DNA from: Eledone cirrhosa
Lineage: Eukaryota
Reading direction: 5' to 3'
Assembly: GCA_964016885.1 (NCBI GenBank)
Contig: OZ024741.1
Coordinates: 291,524,001 to 291,588,000, forward strand
Length of the DNA stretch: 64,000 nucleotides
Shown here: positions 26,842 to 42,517 of the stretch, piece after piece
How positions within the stretch are numbered: the first letter of the stretch is position 1
Layout: every line of letters begins with the position of its first letter
The notes under the pieces: model-generated
The model's database searches: none
What the model saw: only the letters and a program-made list of their open reading frames with translations
What the model was told of the DNA's origin: nothing
Position numbers and translations under genes: made by a program

Positions 26842-27450
<609 letters not shown>

Positions 27451-27464
27451 TCTATCTCTCACTG

Positions 27465-27534
<70 letters not shown>

Positions 27535-27969
27535 CATATACATATATATATATATATATATAAATACAAATAAAGATTCAGCGAGAATCAAATTTCGGCG
27601 GGCAGGAAAAGCGAAGGGAAACGCAAAAATCAGAAATGGTACTGGCAAAGTGCTCAATAGTTAAAAACCAGAGCTAAACAATGTGTTAAGAAGCCGTGCA
27701 AAACTGAAAAGAGGGTAAGAAGGCATTAACCACCCAAGCCAAAAACCAAATCAAGCTAAACAGGTCAAAACAAAATAAATGATAAAAAATAAAGAAATAT
27801 ATTTAAAAAAATAGAGGTGTGACATACGAGTTGTGATATATTAGTAAAGAGGAAAAGAAAATGCTGACGAATTTTTTCCAGTGAAAAATAGTTTAATTAG
27901 GAATAAGTATAAATTAGTAATAAGTAGTAGTTAGTATTCACTTTTAGTTTTAAGTTTTTACCGGTTGTA

Positions 27970-28024
<55 letters not shown>

Positions 28025-28063
28025 AGAGATGTGAGAAAAACCACAGAAACCATCTCAACTGTA

Positions 28064-28099
28064 CTTTTGAAAAGCAGAAGAACTGCGAAACCGGTAAAG
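28064..28099 (+). ncRNA. Minimal type I HHR, U3:A8 variant
   Basis: CTT-TTGAAAA-GCAG aagaa CTGC-GAAA-CCGG-TA-AAG, with palindromic ACCGGT stem III. Confidence 0.6.
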
Positions 28100-28229
28100 G
28101 AACCGAGTAAATATATATATTTTTTTTAAAATAAGACTCTAGTTGCATTTTCGATTTCATCTTTTTTTCTTTATACTTTCACTCGTGTAGGACAACTCAG
28201 TTATTTTTAGTTTTGTCCAAAAACCTCAC

Positions 28230-28272
<43 letters not shown>

Positions 28273-28277
<5 letters not shown>

Positions 28278-29195
28278 GGAATAGAATGAAACGAAATTTC
28301 ATTTCTCACTCTTAGTACGGCACTTACTTAAATGTAAGTATGTATGTATACGTACATATATATGTATACAGACGTACAGTAGTATATATATATATACGCA
28401 CATACACACACATATATATGCACGTATCGATTTACCGAACATTTATTATAATGCTCGGTTTGTTCGTTTGTAAACAAACAAACAGCCCGAATTACGCCGT
28501 ACAGTGTTTAGGCATCCACGTCACCTTTTTGTTCAACACTGTCACAGGAACGATGTACTAGTTTCAAGCTTATTAGCTATCGTCAGCATCGTATACCTTC
28601 CCGCCTGATGGTTGAACGTCTGAAAGTATATACTATCCTTATGCATATTAATGGCCGAGCAGCCTAATTTGCATATCGAGTGAGTTCTATCGGCTGGGCA
28701 CACCGAAGACGATAAATGTAATAGAATGAAACGAAATTTCATTTCTCACTCTTAGTGAGTGCCGTACTAAGAGTGAGAAATGAAATTTCGTTTCATCCTA
28801 CTCCATTTATCGTTTTCGGTGAGCCCGGCCGACTGAACTCACTCGATATGCAAATTAGGCTGCTCGGCCGTTAATATGCATAAGGATAGTATATACTTTC
28901 AGACGTTCAACCATCAGGCAGGAAGGCATACGATGCTGACGATAGCTAATAAGCTTGAAACTAGTATATCGTTCCTCTGTCAGTGTTGAACAAAAAGGTG
29001 ACGTGGTTGCCTAAACACCGTACGGCGTAATTCGGGCTGTTTTTTTTTGTTTACAAACGAACAAACCGAGCATTATAATAAATGTTCGGTAAACCGATAC
29101 GTGCATATATGTATGTGTGCATGTATGTATGTATATATATACATACTACTGTACGTCTGTATACATATATGTATGTACGTATACATACATACATA

Positions 29196-29200
<5 letters not shown>
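28273..29200. mobile_element. Family A element, head-to-head palindrome with two HHRs (28551-28591 minus, 28931-28971 plus)
   Basis: Arms are reverse complements meeting near 28760. Both carry CGATG-CTGACGA..GAAACTAGTA. Partial family A copies lie at 37460-37790 and 56290-56590. Confidence 0.85.
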
Positions 29201-29244
<44 letters not shown>

Positions 29245-29260
29245 GTGTGGGTGTATGTCT

Positions 29261-29319
<59 letters not shown>

Positions 29320-29324
29320 TATGC

Positions 29325-29426
<102 letters not shown>

Positions 29427-30314
29427 GCACACACATATATACATATATATATATGGAAAGGTCTGTGTGTGTGTATATATCCGTGTGGTTATGCACGTGT
29501 GCTCTATATATGTGCGAAATGTAGCTTATCTGACTATTACATAATGTGTGAATGTATAAATATTTACGTAATTCAAATTATACATATGTTGAACACTTCT
29601 GGGGTACCATCTGCGGGGAACTGAGTTGTCGTTAAAACAACGCCCCCTAGTTGACGTAAATCTTCACGCTTTCTCAGAAACACACGCACTGATATATACA
29701 CACATTCAAACATATATACACATACACCCACAAAAATAATGAATATAATGTGGTTCAAATAAATCTTTCTTTAGATTTGATGATTAATGTGGAATTAAAT
29801 GAGTAACAGCTTTGATATTGTGATTCTTTACTCCGCAAACTCCCCCCGCGTCAATCCTCTCTCCCGACCGAACAGATTTGTTAAATATGTATGTAGGTGC
29901 TAACCGACTTTATTGTTGTGGGTTAAACAATCTAAATTTAATTCAATTTGATTTAAGCTATATTTGAGTTAGAAAAGAAACAAACAAAAACCATTAGCGT
30001 TTATTATTAATTTGAGCGATGGATTGTCAGTATCGGTAGAGGTTCGGATGCCATGCTTTGCAGCATGAAGTTGCGGCCCTTTATCATCTAAGTTCAAATC
30101 CCACCGAGGTTAATTTTTCCTTTCATCCTTATGGGGTAGATAAAATAATATACCAGTAATGCACTGGGATAATTGCTGGCCATGTGCCAAAAGTAGAAAC
30201 ATTTATTCATTCGGAGAAAGAATGAATTTAAAAAATTGAATGTAAACATGAATTATGGAGTGGATTTGAACTTTGGAAATTACAGGGACAAATCTGGATA
30301 TTTTTCAATCGTAT

Positions 30315-30345
<31 letters not shown>

Positions 30346-31533
30346 TTCAAGGGTTTAGTCAGGGTTGAAAGGGTTACGTCCATCACACTTTTCGAGGTTC
30401 TGAAACCTGAGGGAGGGAGAGTCGAAGTTAATTTAGGATCGAGGTCCTCTGAATTCTTGCAACAGACTACATTCTGATGAAGGAACTGAAGGACCACATG
30501 GTGGTTCTAATTCCGATGAGGGATCAATTTTAACTCCCCATTGAGCCTTAGTCTGACCAGCCAATATTTCCCACACTTTAGATCAGTGACTGTTATAAAT
30601 ATTTAGAGTGAATACTCACTTATAGACGTGATAACTTAAAATCATGTTTCTACTTTAGGCACAAGGCCAGCAATTACCCAGTTCATTACTGGTTCTTTAT
30701 TTTATCGATCCCGTAAGGATGAAAGGCAAAGTCAAAAGTTGTTATTTAGGATTATATTATCCAACGAAGGCAGCATGGTCAAAATTCAATAAGGACGTTG
30801 GTATAGTTTCGTGGGTGAAACTGAGAAGACGAAAACTGTTTGAAAGCTCGCTAAAAGGAATGTATCTATAATTGTATGACCCAGCCTTATCACATGCTGT
30901 GTCACACCGAATCTCTTCGAGATCACTGGATGGCATTACTAGTAGAGCACCAGTAAAATCTCTTAAGATATTTTACCACGTCATATTTATATTAATTTCT
31001 AGCATAGACACAATGCCATACATTTTAGTAGGGGAACGTATGTCACATAAGGCTATAAATTTGCAACTGGAGCGTTATTCCCTAAGGCGGTGGCCTAAGC
31101 ATGTTGCTTTTAATGGAAGATCAATAGTTGCTCATTTACGTCTCCTTTCTCTATACTACCAATGTTGTAGTAGAAAAATTAAGGGCCTATATAGCTTGTC
31201 ACCAGAGTCGTCAGAACTGTTGCCACATGAATGCAAAAATAATGATAAAATACCGCAAGGTATCTCGCCTGGCGTTCTACCTATTTTGTCAATGGGGCTG
31301 GAAAGGTTCTCGGCGATTTTGTCGACAATTATATTTGACCGATTCTTTCAATTACACATAATACATATTTATGTTAGCTGAGTTTAATGGAACAACAGAA
31401 AATAAAATGCTTTGCCGAGGGACACAATGCCCCACCGGAAATGAACTCACATTTAACCGAATCCTGTAACCACTCCGCCATGCGAACTATTTTAAATATA
31501 TACATACACACACACAAACACACACACACATAT

Positions 31534-31571
<38 letters not shown>

Positions 31572-31573
31572 GT

Positions 31574-31644
<71 letters not shown>

Positions 31645-31697
31645 CATACATATATATATATATATACATACATATATATATATATATATATACATAC

Positions 31698-31800
<103 letters not shown>

Positions 31801-31804
31801 TCTA

Positions 31805-31835
<31 letters not shown>

Positions 31836-32431
31836 ATATATATATATATATATATATACATACATATAAATATATATATATATATATAAATACAAATATA
31901 GATTCAGCGAGAATCACATTTCGGCGGGCAGGAAAAGCGAAGGGAAACGCAAAAATTAGAAATGATACTGCAAAGTGCTCAATAGTTAAAAACCAGAGCT
32001 AAACAATGTGTTAAGAAGCCATGCAAAACTGAAAAGATGGTCAAGAAGGCATTAATCAGACAAGCCAAAAACCAAATCAAGCTAAACAGGTCAAAACAAA
32101 ATAAATGATAAAAAATAAAGAAATATATTTAAAAAAATAGAGGTGTGACATACGAGTTGTGATATATTAGTAAAGAGGAAAAGAAAATGCTGACAAATTT
32201 TTTCCAGGGAAAAATAGTTTAATTAGGAATAAGTATAAATTAGTAATAAGTAGTAGTTAGTATTCACTTTTAGTTTTAAGTTTTTACCGGTTGTACTAAT
32301 ATATATGTGAATATAGACATAGAATATTCGAAAATATTCTGTATGTTTATAATAAACATTTTGAAGACCTAATCGCTATAGAATAGAATACGTCACGTAT
32401 TACAATTAGATTCTCGACAAAAGCAAGGGAA

Positions 32432-32474
32432 GTAATCTACGCGTTTCATTCTTGTTAGAAATCATCAGGACTAC
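32432..32474 (-). ncRNA. Minimal type I HHR (first of 11 minus-strand copies, every 310 bp to 35532-35574)
   Basis: GTAGTC-CTGATGA-tTTCT aaca AGAAt-GAAA-CGCG-TA-GATTAC. Confidence 0.88.
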
Positions 32475-35400
32475 ATATCCAGTGCTTTTATCGAGAATGA
32501 CACAGCTAGAGACTTATAGAATACTTAGCTGTGTACAGGAACTGGTTTGAAAGAGCGGTTGCCGGTCCGGCAGAAATTAGAAATTGGAATAAATGCTCTG
32601 AAATAGCGATATATATGTGAATATAGACATAGAATATTCGAAAATATTCTGTATGTTTATAATAAACATTTTGAAGACCTAATCGCTATAGAATAGAATA
32701 CGTCACGTATTACAATTAGATTCTCGACAAAAGCAAGGGAAGTAATCTACGCGTTTCATTCTTGTTAGAAATCATCAGGACTACATATCCAGTGCTTTTA
32801 TCGAGAATGACACAGCTAGAGACTTATAGAATACTTAGCTGTGTACAGGAACTGGTTTGAAAGAGCGGTTGCCGGTCCGGCAGAAATTAGAAATTGGAAT
32901 AAATGCTCTGAAATAGCGATATATATGTGAATATAGACATAGAATATTCGAAAATATTCTGTATGTTTATAATAAACATTTTGAAGACCTAATCGCTATA
33001 GAATAGAATACGTCACGTATTACAATTAGATTCTCGACAAAAGCAAGGGAAGTAATCTACGCGTTTCATTCTTGTTAGAAATCATCAGGACTACATATCC
33101 AGTGCTTTTATCGAGAATGACACAGCTAGAGACTTATAGAATACTTAGCTGTGTACAGGAACTGGTTTGAAAGAGCGGTTGCCGGTCCGGCAGAAATTAG
33201 AAATTGGAATAAATGCTCTGAAATAGCGATATATATGTGAATATAGACATAGAATATTCGAAAATATTCTGTATGTTTATAATAAACATTTTGAAGACCT
33301 AATCGCTATAGAATAGAATACGTCACGTATTACAATTAGATTCTCGACAAAAGCAAGGGAAGTAATCTACGCGTTTCATTCTTGTTAGAAATCATCAGGA
33401 CTACATATCCAGTGCTTTTATCGAGAATGACACAGCTAGAGACTTATAGAATACTTAGCTGTGTACAGGAACTGGTTTGAAAGAGCGGTTGCCGGTCCGG
33501 CAGAAATTAGAAATTGGAATAAATGCTCTGAAATAGCGATATATATGTGAATATAGACATAGAATATTCGAAAATATTCTGTATGTTTATAATAAACATT
33601 TTGAAGACCTAATCGCTATAGAATAGAATACGTCACGTATTACAATTAGATTCTCGACAAAAGCAAGGGAAGTAATCTACGCGTTTCATTCTTGTTAGAA
33701 ATCATCAGGACTACATATCCAGTGCTTTTATCGAGAATGACACAGCTAGAGACTTATAGAATACTTAGCTGTGTACAGGAACTGGTTTGAAAGAGCGGTT
33801 GCCGGTCCGGCAGAAATTAGAAATTGGAATAAATGCTCTGAAATAGCGATATATATGTGAATATAGACATAGAATATTCGAAAATATTCTGTATGTTTAT
33901 AATAAACATTTTGAAGACCTAATCGCTATAGAATAGAATACGTCACGTATTACAATTAGATTCTCGACAAAAGCAAGGGAAGTAATCTACGCGTTTCATT
34001 CTTGTTAGAAATCATCAGGACTACATATCCAGTGCTTTTATCGAGAATGACACAGCTAGAGACTTATAGAATACTTAGCTGTGTACAGGAACTGGTTTGA
34101 AAGAGCGGTTGCCGGTCCGGCAGAAATTAGAAATTGGAATAAATGCTCTGAAATAGCGATATATATGTGAATATAGACATAGAATATTCGAAAATATTCT
34201 GTATGTTTATAATAAACATTTTAAAGACCTAATCGCTATAGAATAGAATACGTCACGTATTACAATTAGATTCTCGACAAAAGCAAGGGAAGTAATCTAC
34301 GCGTTTCATTCTTGTTAGAAATCATCAGGACTACATATCCAGTGCTTTTATCGAGAATGACACAGCTAGAGACTTATAGAATACTTAGCTGTGTACAGGA
34401 ACTGGTTTGAAAGAGCGGTTGCCGGTCCGGCAGAAATTAGAAATTGGAATAAATGCTCTGAAATAGCGATATATATGTGAATATAGACATAGAATATTCG
34501 AAAATATTCTGTATGTTTATAATAAACATTTTGAAGACCTAATCGCTATAGAATAGAATACGTCACGTATTACAATTAGATTCTCGACAAAAGCAAGGGA
34601 AGTAATCTACGCGTTTCATTCTTGTTAGAAATCATCAGGACTACATATCCAGTGCTTTTATCGAGAATGACACAGCTAGAGACTTATAGAATACTTAGCT
34701 GTGTACAGGAACTGGTTTGAAAGAGCGGTTGCCGGTCCGGCAGAAATTAGAAATTGGAATAAATGCTCTGAAATAGCGATATATATGTGAATATAGACAT
34801 AGAATATTCGAAAATATTCTGTATGTTTATAATAAACATTTTGAAGACCTAATCGCTATAGAATAGAATACGTCACGTATTACAATTAGATTCTCGACAA
34901 AAGCAAGGGAAGTAATCTACGCGTTTCATTCTTGTTAGAAATCATCAGGACTACATATCCAGTGCTTTTATCGAGAATGACACAGCTAGAGACTTATAGA
35001 ATACTTAGCTGTGTACAGGAACTGGTTTGAAAGAGCGGTTGCCGGTCCGGCAGAAATTAGAAATTGGAATAAATGCTCTGAAATAGCGATATATATGTGA
35101 ATATAGACATAGAATATTCGAAAATATTCTGTATGTTTATAATAAACATTTTGAAGACCTAATCGCTATAGAATAGAATACGTCACGTATTACAATTAGA
35201 TTCTCGACAAAAGCAAGGGAAGTAATCTACGCGTTTCATTCTTGTTAGAAATCATCAGGACTACATATCCAGTGCTTTTATCGAGAATGACACAGCTAGA
35301 GACTTATAGAATACTTAGCTGTGTACAGGAACTGGTTTGAAAGAGCGGTTGCCGGTCCGGCAGAAATTAGAAATTGGAATAAATGCTCTGAAATAGCGAT

Positions 35401-36001
35401 ATATATGTGAATATAGACATAGAATATTCGAAAATATTCTGTATGTTTATAATAAACATTTTGAAGACCTAATCGCTATAGAATAGAATACGTCACGTAT
35501 TACAATTAGATTCTCGACAAAAGCAAGGGAAGTAATCTACGCGTTTCATTCTTGTTAGAAATCATCAGGACTACATATCCAGTGCTTTTATCGAGAATGA
35601 CACAGCTAGAGACTTATAGAATACTTAGCTGTGTACAGGAACTGGTTTGAAAGAGCGGTTGCCGGTCCGGCAGAAATTAGAAATTGGAATAAATGCTCTG
35701 AAATAGCGATATATATGTGAATATAGACATAGAATATTCGAAAATATTCTGTATGTTTATAATAAACATTTTGAAGACCTAATCGCTATAGAATAGAATA
35801 CGTCACGTATTACAATTAGATTCTCGACAAAAGCAAGAATATTCTATGTCTATATTCACATATATATCGCTATTTCAGAGCATTTATTCCAATTTCTAAT
35901 TTCTGCCGGACCGGCAACCGCTCTTTCAAACCAGTTCCTGTACACAGCTAAGTATTCTATAAGTCTCTAGCTGTGTCATTCTCGATAAAAGCACTGGATA
36001 T

Positions 36002-36044
36002 GTAGTCCTGATGATTTCTAACAAGAATGAAACGCGTAGATTAC
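36002..36044 (+). ncRNA. Minimal type I HHR (plus-strand copies at 36002, 36312, 36622, 36932)
   Basis: Stem I GTAGTC/GATTAC, CTGATGA, GAAA, palindromic ACGCGT. Predicted cleavage after A36038. The 36312 copy reads CTCATGA. Confidence 0.88.
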
Positions 36045-37131
36045 TTCCCTTGCTTTTGTCGAGAATCTAATTGTAATACGTGACGTATTCTATTCTATAG
36101 CGATTAGGTCTTCAACATGTTTATTATAAACATACAGAATATTTTCGAATATTCTATGTCTATATTCACATATATATCGCTATTTCAGAGCATTTATTCC
36201 AATTTCTAATTTCTGCCGGACCGGCAACCGCTCTTTCAAACCAGTTCCTGTACACAGCTAAGTATTCTATAAGTCTCTAGCTGTGTCATTCTCGATAAAA
36301 GCACTGGATATGTAGTCCTCATGATTTCTAACAAGAATGAAACGCGTAGATTACTTCCCTTGCTTTTGTCGAGAATCTAATTGTAATACGTGACGTATTC
36401 TATTCTATAGCGATTAGGTCTTCAAAATGTTTATTATAAACATACAGAATATTTTCGAATATTCTATGTCTATATTCACATATATATCGCTATTTCAGAG
36501 CATTTATTCCAATTTCTAATTTCTGCCGGACCGGCAACCGCTCTTTCAAACCAGTTCCTGTACACAGCTAAGTATTCTATAAGTCTCTAGCTGTGTCATT
36601 CTCGATAAAAGCACTGGATATGTAGTCCTGATGATTTCTAACAAGAATGAAACGCGTAGATTACTTCCCTTGCTTTTGTCGAGAATCTAATTGTAATACG
36701 TGACGTATTCTATTCTATAGCGATTAGGTCTTCAAAATGTTTATTATAAACATACAGAATATTTTCGAATATTCTATGTCTATATTCACATATATATCGC
36801 TATTTCAGAGCATTTATTCCAATTTCTAATTTCTGCCGGACCGGCAACCGCTCTTTCAAACCAGTTCCTGTACACAGCTAAGTATTCTATAAGTCTCTAG
36901 CTGTGTCATTCTCGATAAAAGCACTGGATATGTAGTCCTGATGATTTCTAACAAGAATGAAACGCGTAGATTACTTCCCTTGCTTTTGTCGAGAATCTAA
37001 TTGTAATACGTGACGTATTCTATTCTATAGCGATTAGGTCTTCAAAATGTTTATTATAAACATACAGAATATTTTCGAATATTCTATGTCTATATTCACA
37101 TATATATCGCTATTTCAGAGCATTTATTCCA

Positions 37132-37199
<68 letters not shown>

Positions 37200-37404
37200 A
37201 AAGAGAGATGTGAGAAATGTTGATATATATGTATAAAGAGAGATGTGAGAAATGTATAAAGATATGTATAAAGAGAGATGTGAGAAATGTTTTTAAAAAT
37301 AAGACTCCAGTTGCATTTTAGATTTCTTCTTTCTTCTTATTTTCTTTATACTTTCGCTCGTGTAGGACACCTCGGTTAATTTTCATTTTATCAAAAAAGC
37401 CCAC

Positions 37405-37464
<60 letters not shown>

Positions 37465-40014
37465 GGAATAGAATGAAACGAAATTTCCTTTCTCACTCTT
37501 AGTACGGCACTTACTTAAATGTAAGTATGTATCGATACGTGCATATATATATGTGTGCATGTGTGTGTATATATATATATACTACTGTACGTCTGTATAC
37601 ATATATGTATGTACGTATACATACATACAAACTTACATTTAAGTAAGTCCCGTACTAAGAGTGAGAAATGAAATTTCGTTTCATCCTATTCCATTTATCG
37701 TTTTCGGTGTGCCCGGCCGACTGAATTCACTCGATATGCAAATTAGGCTGCTCAGCCGTTAATATGCATAAGGAAAGTATAATATGCATTAGTAAAGAGT
37801 TGGAGCGGAAGTGAGAAAGAGAAAGAAAAACTCGGCCAAAATACTGAGCTGGCATTTTTTTATCGACCTTGAAATGATGAATGGGTAATTTGAGCTCGAC
37901 GGGTTTGGAAACGTATACCATACCGCAAAACATTCTGTTTGATATTCTAACGGCTCTGCTAATTCACAGTCGTGACCTCATTTACAGGTAGTTTAAATAC
38001 AAACATGACCAAGCTTCTTTTAATGTTAATTAGCCCATGGAAACAATACAGTTTAACAAGAAATTTATAGAATCCTTTGGTGGAGATCTCATTTAAAGAG
38101 AATAAAACAAATGATGCATGACTAATAATCCCAAGGTAATTGACGAAAACTTTGTAAATCTATTTAACTAAATAAAATGGCAAACACACGCGTGTGTGTA
38201 TGTGCGTGTGGGTGAGTATGTGTGTTTGTGTGTGTAGGTGTGTGTGTGATTGGGCGAGTGTGTGTGCGTATGTGTGTGTGTATGTGTGTGTGTAGCTGTG
38301 CGTGCGTTGTTGTGTATGCATGTGCATGCCCGCGTGCCCCGTGTGTGTGTATGTGTGTGTGAGTGTATGTGTCTATATGCGTGTGTGTATGTATTTGTGT
38401 GTAGCTGTGCGTGTATAGTCGTATATGTGTGTGCATGCACGCGCGCCACGTATGAGGGGATGTAAAATGAATGTACATATGTAAGTGTGTAGATATGTGT
38501 AAATCTGTGTGTTTTTGCGTAAATGTGATTGTAAGTATGTATGTGTGTGTGTAAATGTGCGTGTGCATGGGTGTGTAAGTATGTATGTGTAATTGTGTGT
38601 CTATATTCACATGTCCTTGACCTTCAAAAATACGTTGATCCGCCATTACCTTCATACAATTCCAATACAAGAGGAAGGAAAGAACAGACCTCTGTCAGTT
38701 TAAAGGATGAGCGTTCCAGTTGCCCGATCAACGCTAGAAACAGCTTATGAAATCAACGTTTAGGGGACTGAGCATTCCACAGACTTGTGTATCACTAACT
38801 AAATTTTCATAGCGATTCAGCGAATAACGGGTACAATCCGTTTATTGGGTTTCCAAGCGGCTTCTGTCAACCCAATTTCACTGATAGGACATGAGTCGAT
38901 CCGAGGCTCCATATTTCCAAGATAGCACGCAGTGGGTTCGAACCCGGAATATAATGATTGCATAATGATAAGCGAACTTCTTAATATTTTAACGTCTCAA
39001 CACTTCAGTATACACAGTGTGGGTGACATTCTTCGACAGTGTCAACTACTTTCAGCCTTGTTTCATTCACACATTACACGAACTCCAGAGGTGTTGGCTT
39101 TTAAAGTGACACCAGGGCCATATTGGTGTTGAAAAAGCCATTATTTATCTAAAGTTTGGAGGCGCCCTTGTTAAAAACCTTGCATCAAAATGACCTTCTA
39201 AAACTGAAACATATAAGCCTTTCTATTATTTCATTCTTACGGTGTGGATAAAATATTTCATCGACTTTCCCCTCCCCCAACATTTTTGCCTTCTGTCTAT
39301 ATCAAAAACTATTATCTTGAGCACTTGATGGCAGGGAGTGGCATATTCAGTACCTCTTCGGATAATATATTTTGCGGTTTGTGGCAAATTTGCCTTTCTT
39401 CCTTAGGGGATCAATATAATAAAGAACTAATCATGTACCGGGGTCAATATAATCGGCTCTCGCTTACCCAAAGAATTACTGATCTTATGTCTGAATAGAA
39501 ATCATTACTTTGAGACCCTTGCGTAGGGTGTCCCAAAGTGCTCGCTACCACTCTCCGGGGGGGGGGGGGAGAAGGTCCAGGACGTGATGGGGCCTAATGA
39601 GACGGTGGGGTGTGTCAGTAGGGGTGATATAATAGTGTATTAAATATCAAATGATACATATATATGTATAGATATAGTAAAAAAAATATATATAAAATAT
39701 CTATTTAGACATAGTACATATATTATTTATTGCACATAAATTAACGATTTTATTTATTATATATTATTTACAATTTGCGTGTAGGCAGTTCTCTCTGGAA
39801 ATAGGTTTGGGAGCGCTGAGGTTTTCATGTAGCCGAGAGGGGGTGGCTGTGGCTTAAACAATTTGAGAACCTCCGTCTTTGCGGTTTGTGAGGGCCCAAA
39901 CTAGATCACTTAGCTTACGCATACATCTGAAACTGAATGACTCTCTAAAACCGTTACCACACTGGATATATTAACATTTTCCAGTGTTAGAACATGTAAA
40001 AAAAAAATTCTATT

Positions 40015-40089
<75 letters not shown>

Positions 40090-40273
40090 CAGATCACCAA
40101 GTAAGGAAGAGTATTAATATTCGAATTGTTTTCCATACCAACACCGACTATCTGCGCATTTTAGTCTATAAGAGTTATATCCCTTGACCAATTATCAAGT
40201 TATGCAGAATAATTTCCCCTTAAACCAATATGCATACATATGTTAAATATATATGTATGTATATGTGTATGTA

Positions 40274-40306
<33 letters not shown>

Positions 40307-40328
40307 GTGTGTGTAGAAAATATATGTG

Positions 40329-40360
<32 letters not shown>

Positions 40361-40440
40361 CACATATATACACATATATATACACATATATATACACATA
40401 TATATATATATATATATACACATATATATATATATACACA

Positions 40441-40473
<33 letters not shown>

Positions 40474-40488
40474 GTGTATATATATATA

Positions 40489-40519
<31 letters not shown>

Positions 40520-41141
40520 GTGTATATATATGTGTATATATATGTGTATATATATGTGTATATATATGTGTATATATGTGTATATATATATATGTGAGTA
40601 TAATGTATATATATGTGTATATGAGTATATATATATGCGTATATATATATATATATGTAGAAAATATCCGTAGGTGTGAAAAATGAATAATATAAATATA
40701 TATATTCTATACATATATATTATATATTATATGTATATCAAAGGTAGAAGATATTAACAATTCTCATTAAAATTATATGTTTTTATAATTGTTTCTACTT
40801 TTTGTACAAGGCTAGCAATTACTCCAGTGTATTTCTGGTACTTTATTTTATCGACCCCGTAAGGAAGAAAGGCAAAGTTAACCTAGGTTGGATTTGAACT
40901 CAGAATGGCAAGGGCCGTAACTCTATGCGTCAAAGGATGGCGTCCGACCCTCTACCGATACTTCCAATCCACCAGGTTTGAAGAAGAGATATTAACGTAA
41001 AAACTGTATTTATTCTTTCGAGAATAAGCATGTTTTTTTTTAATGAAAGAAATATAGTTTTTCCATTAATACCTCTCTCTCACTCTCCCTTTCCCACCCT
41101 CTCCCTCTCTCTTCCTCTTTCTTTCTCTCTCTCTCCCTTTG

Positions 41142-41266
<125 letters not shown>

Positions 41267-41277
41267 TATATATATAA

Positions 41278-41360
<83 letters not shown>

Positions 41361-41364
41361 ATAT

Positions 41365-41443
<79 letters not shown>

Positions 41444-41847
41444 CCAGGCTGCTATTTTTAGCCGCACGAGATTTCGAGACAAGCACACAATTCAGTCTTC
41501 TAATATTTTTAGAAGTGGAAGGATCGCTAATTTCTTAACAACTACTAAGGAGCAGAGAAACGTGTTGACTTCACTTAATAAGATGTTGCGGAACTGTTTT
41601 CAAAACTGTCTAGTTGTTACCAGGCGTTTGCCCGATATAGGTCAGTTATTTTTCTTAATTTACTACTTAAAATTAAGTCTGACAAACCATATTGCTGTAG
41701 TTAGTATTTTTTCACCCTAGCTAACCTAATCCTTACGATTCGAACACATGTATGTTTATATTAGTGTTCATCTCTCTTGTTTATTCAATTATATTAAACG
41801 GCTCGGAAAAGCTTTTTTCTTAGAGCTATTTAATTGTAAGAGACTAC

Positions 41848-41926
<79 letters not shown>

Positions 41927-41928
<2 letters not shown>

Positions 41929-42115
41929 CGAAGGAAATGTGGTCAGGAACCAGGTGGACCATAACGCACCAAAGTACTCAATACTTAGGGTAGTAGAGTG
42001 GGTAATAGGAACAAGTAAGACCCCGACGGCTGAGCTCAAGCCGTTTCGACGGCTAATTCAGTCCAGAATTAGCCGTCGAAACGGCTTGAGCTCAGCCGTC
42101 GGGGTCTTACTTGTT

Positions 42116-42120
<5 letters not shown>
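41927..42120. repeat. Short fold-back element containing an HHR 3' half (same family at 57077-57252)
   Basis: GCCGTC-GAAA-CGGCT tgagctc AGCCG-TC-GGGG occurs in both arms. Flanked by (TA)n. Confidence 0.6.
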
Positions 42121-42149
<29 letters not shown>

Positions 42150-42151
<2 letters not shown>

Positions 42152-42517
42152 ACTCTTACAGGCCCTAACGGGTCTTTCCGTATCCGCCATGCCTTCACCT
42201 GCATATCCACCCACGTTGTCTATGCCTTCCGGTCTTCTCTTTGCGGGTCTTTACATATCGGACAAGCGGGACGCCGTATGGTGGACCGTTTTGCCGAACA
42301 TTTGAGGGACATACGACTCGGTTTGGATAATCCTGTCGCACGTCATTACTGTTCTCCTGGTCATTCTTCCCTACATGTTTCAGTCCTGGGTGTCCTTTTA
42401 CATCATGGATCACAGGCCTCACGCACCAGATCTGAACAAAGTCTGATTCACCGTCTTGGGTCCTATTCCTCTCTTGGACTCAACTCTCTAATACCCCGTC
42501 CATTATCACACCCCTAG
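42150..42517 (+). pseudogene. GIY-YIG endonuclease fragment of a second PLE lineage (Neptune-like)
   Basis: FTCISTHVVYAFRSSLCGSLHIGQAGRRMVDRFAEHLRDI..PVARHY...SEQSLIHRLGS..GLN. Confidence 0.8.

Larger units (their letters stand above)
23055..26845 (+). mobile_element. Penelope-like element (probably Naiad-type), with 5' inversion and 3' HHR
   Basis: RT ORF, GIY-YIG, a ~1.5-kb 3' region, an HHR near the 3' end, and termination in (TA)n. The N-terminal part is inverted at 23055-23288. Confidence 0.88.
32301..37135. mobile_element. Retrozyme-like array: ~11.4 tandem 310-bp monomers plus ~4.2 inverted monomers
   Basis: Units start at 32301+310k up to 35711. The orientation switches at 35837, and inverted units start at 35837, 36147, 36457, 36767 and 37077. 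One HHR per full monomer. Confidence 0.93.

Noticed and set aside
30474-30520. CTGATGA-AGGAA...TTCC hammerhead-like start
   Set aside because: GAAA, stem III and the cleavage triplet are missing. At best this is a truncated remnant.
32301-37135. CRISPR array or ordinary satellite interpretation
   Set aside because: Whole units are identical with no unique spacers and no cas genes, and the context is eukaryotic. The HHR per unit, the inversion and the empty paralogous site argue against a plain satellite.
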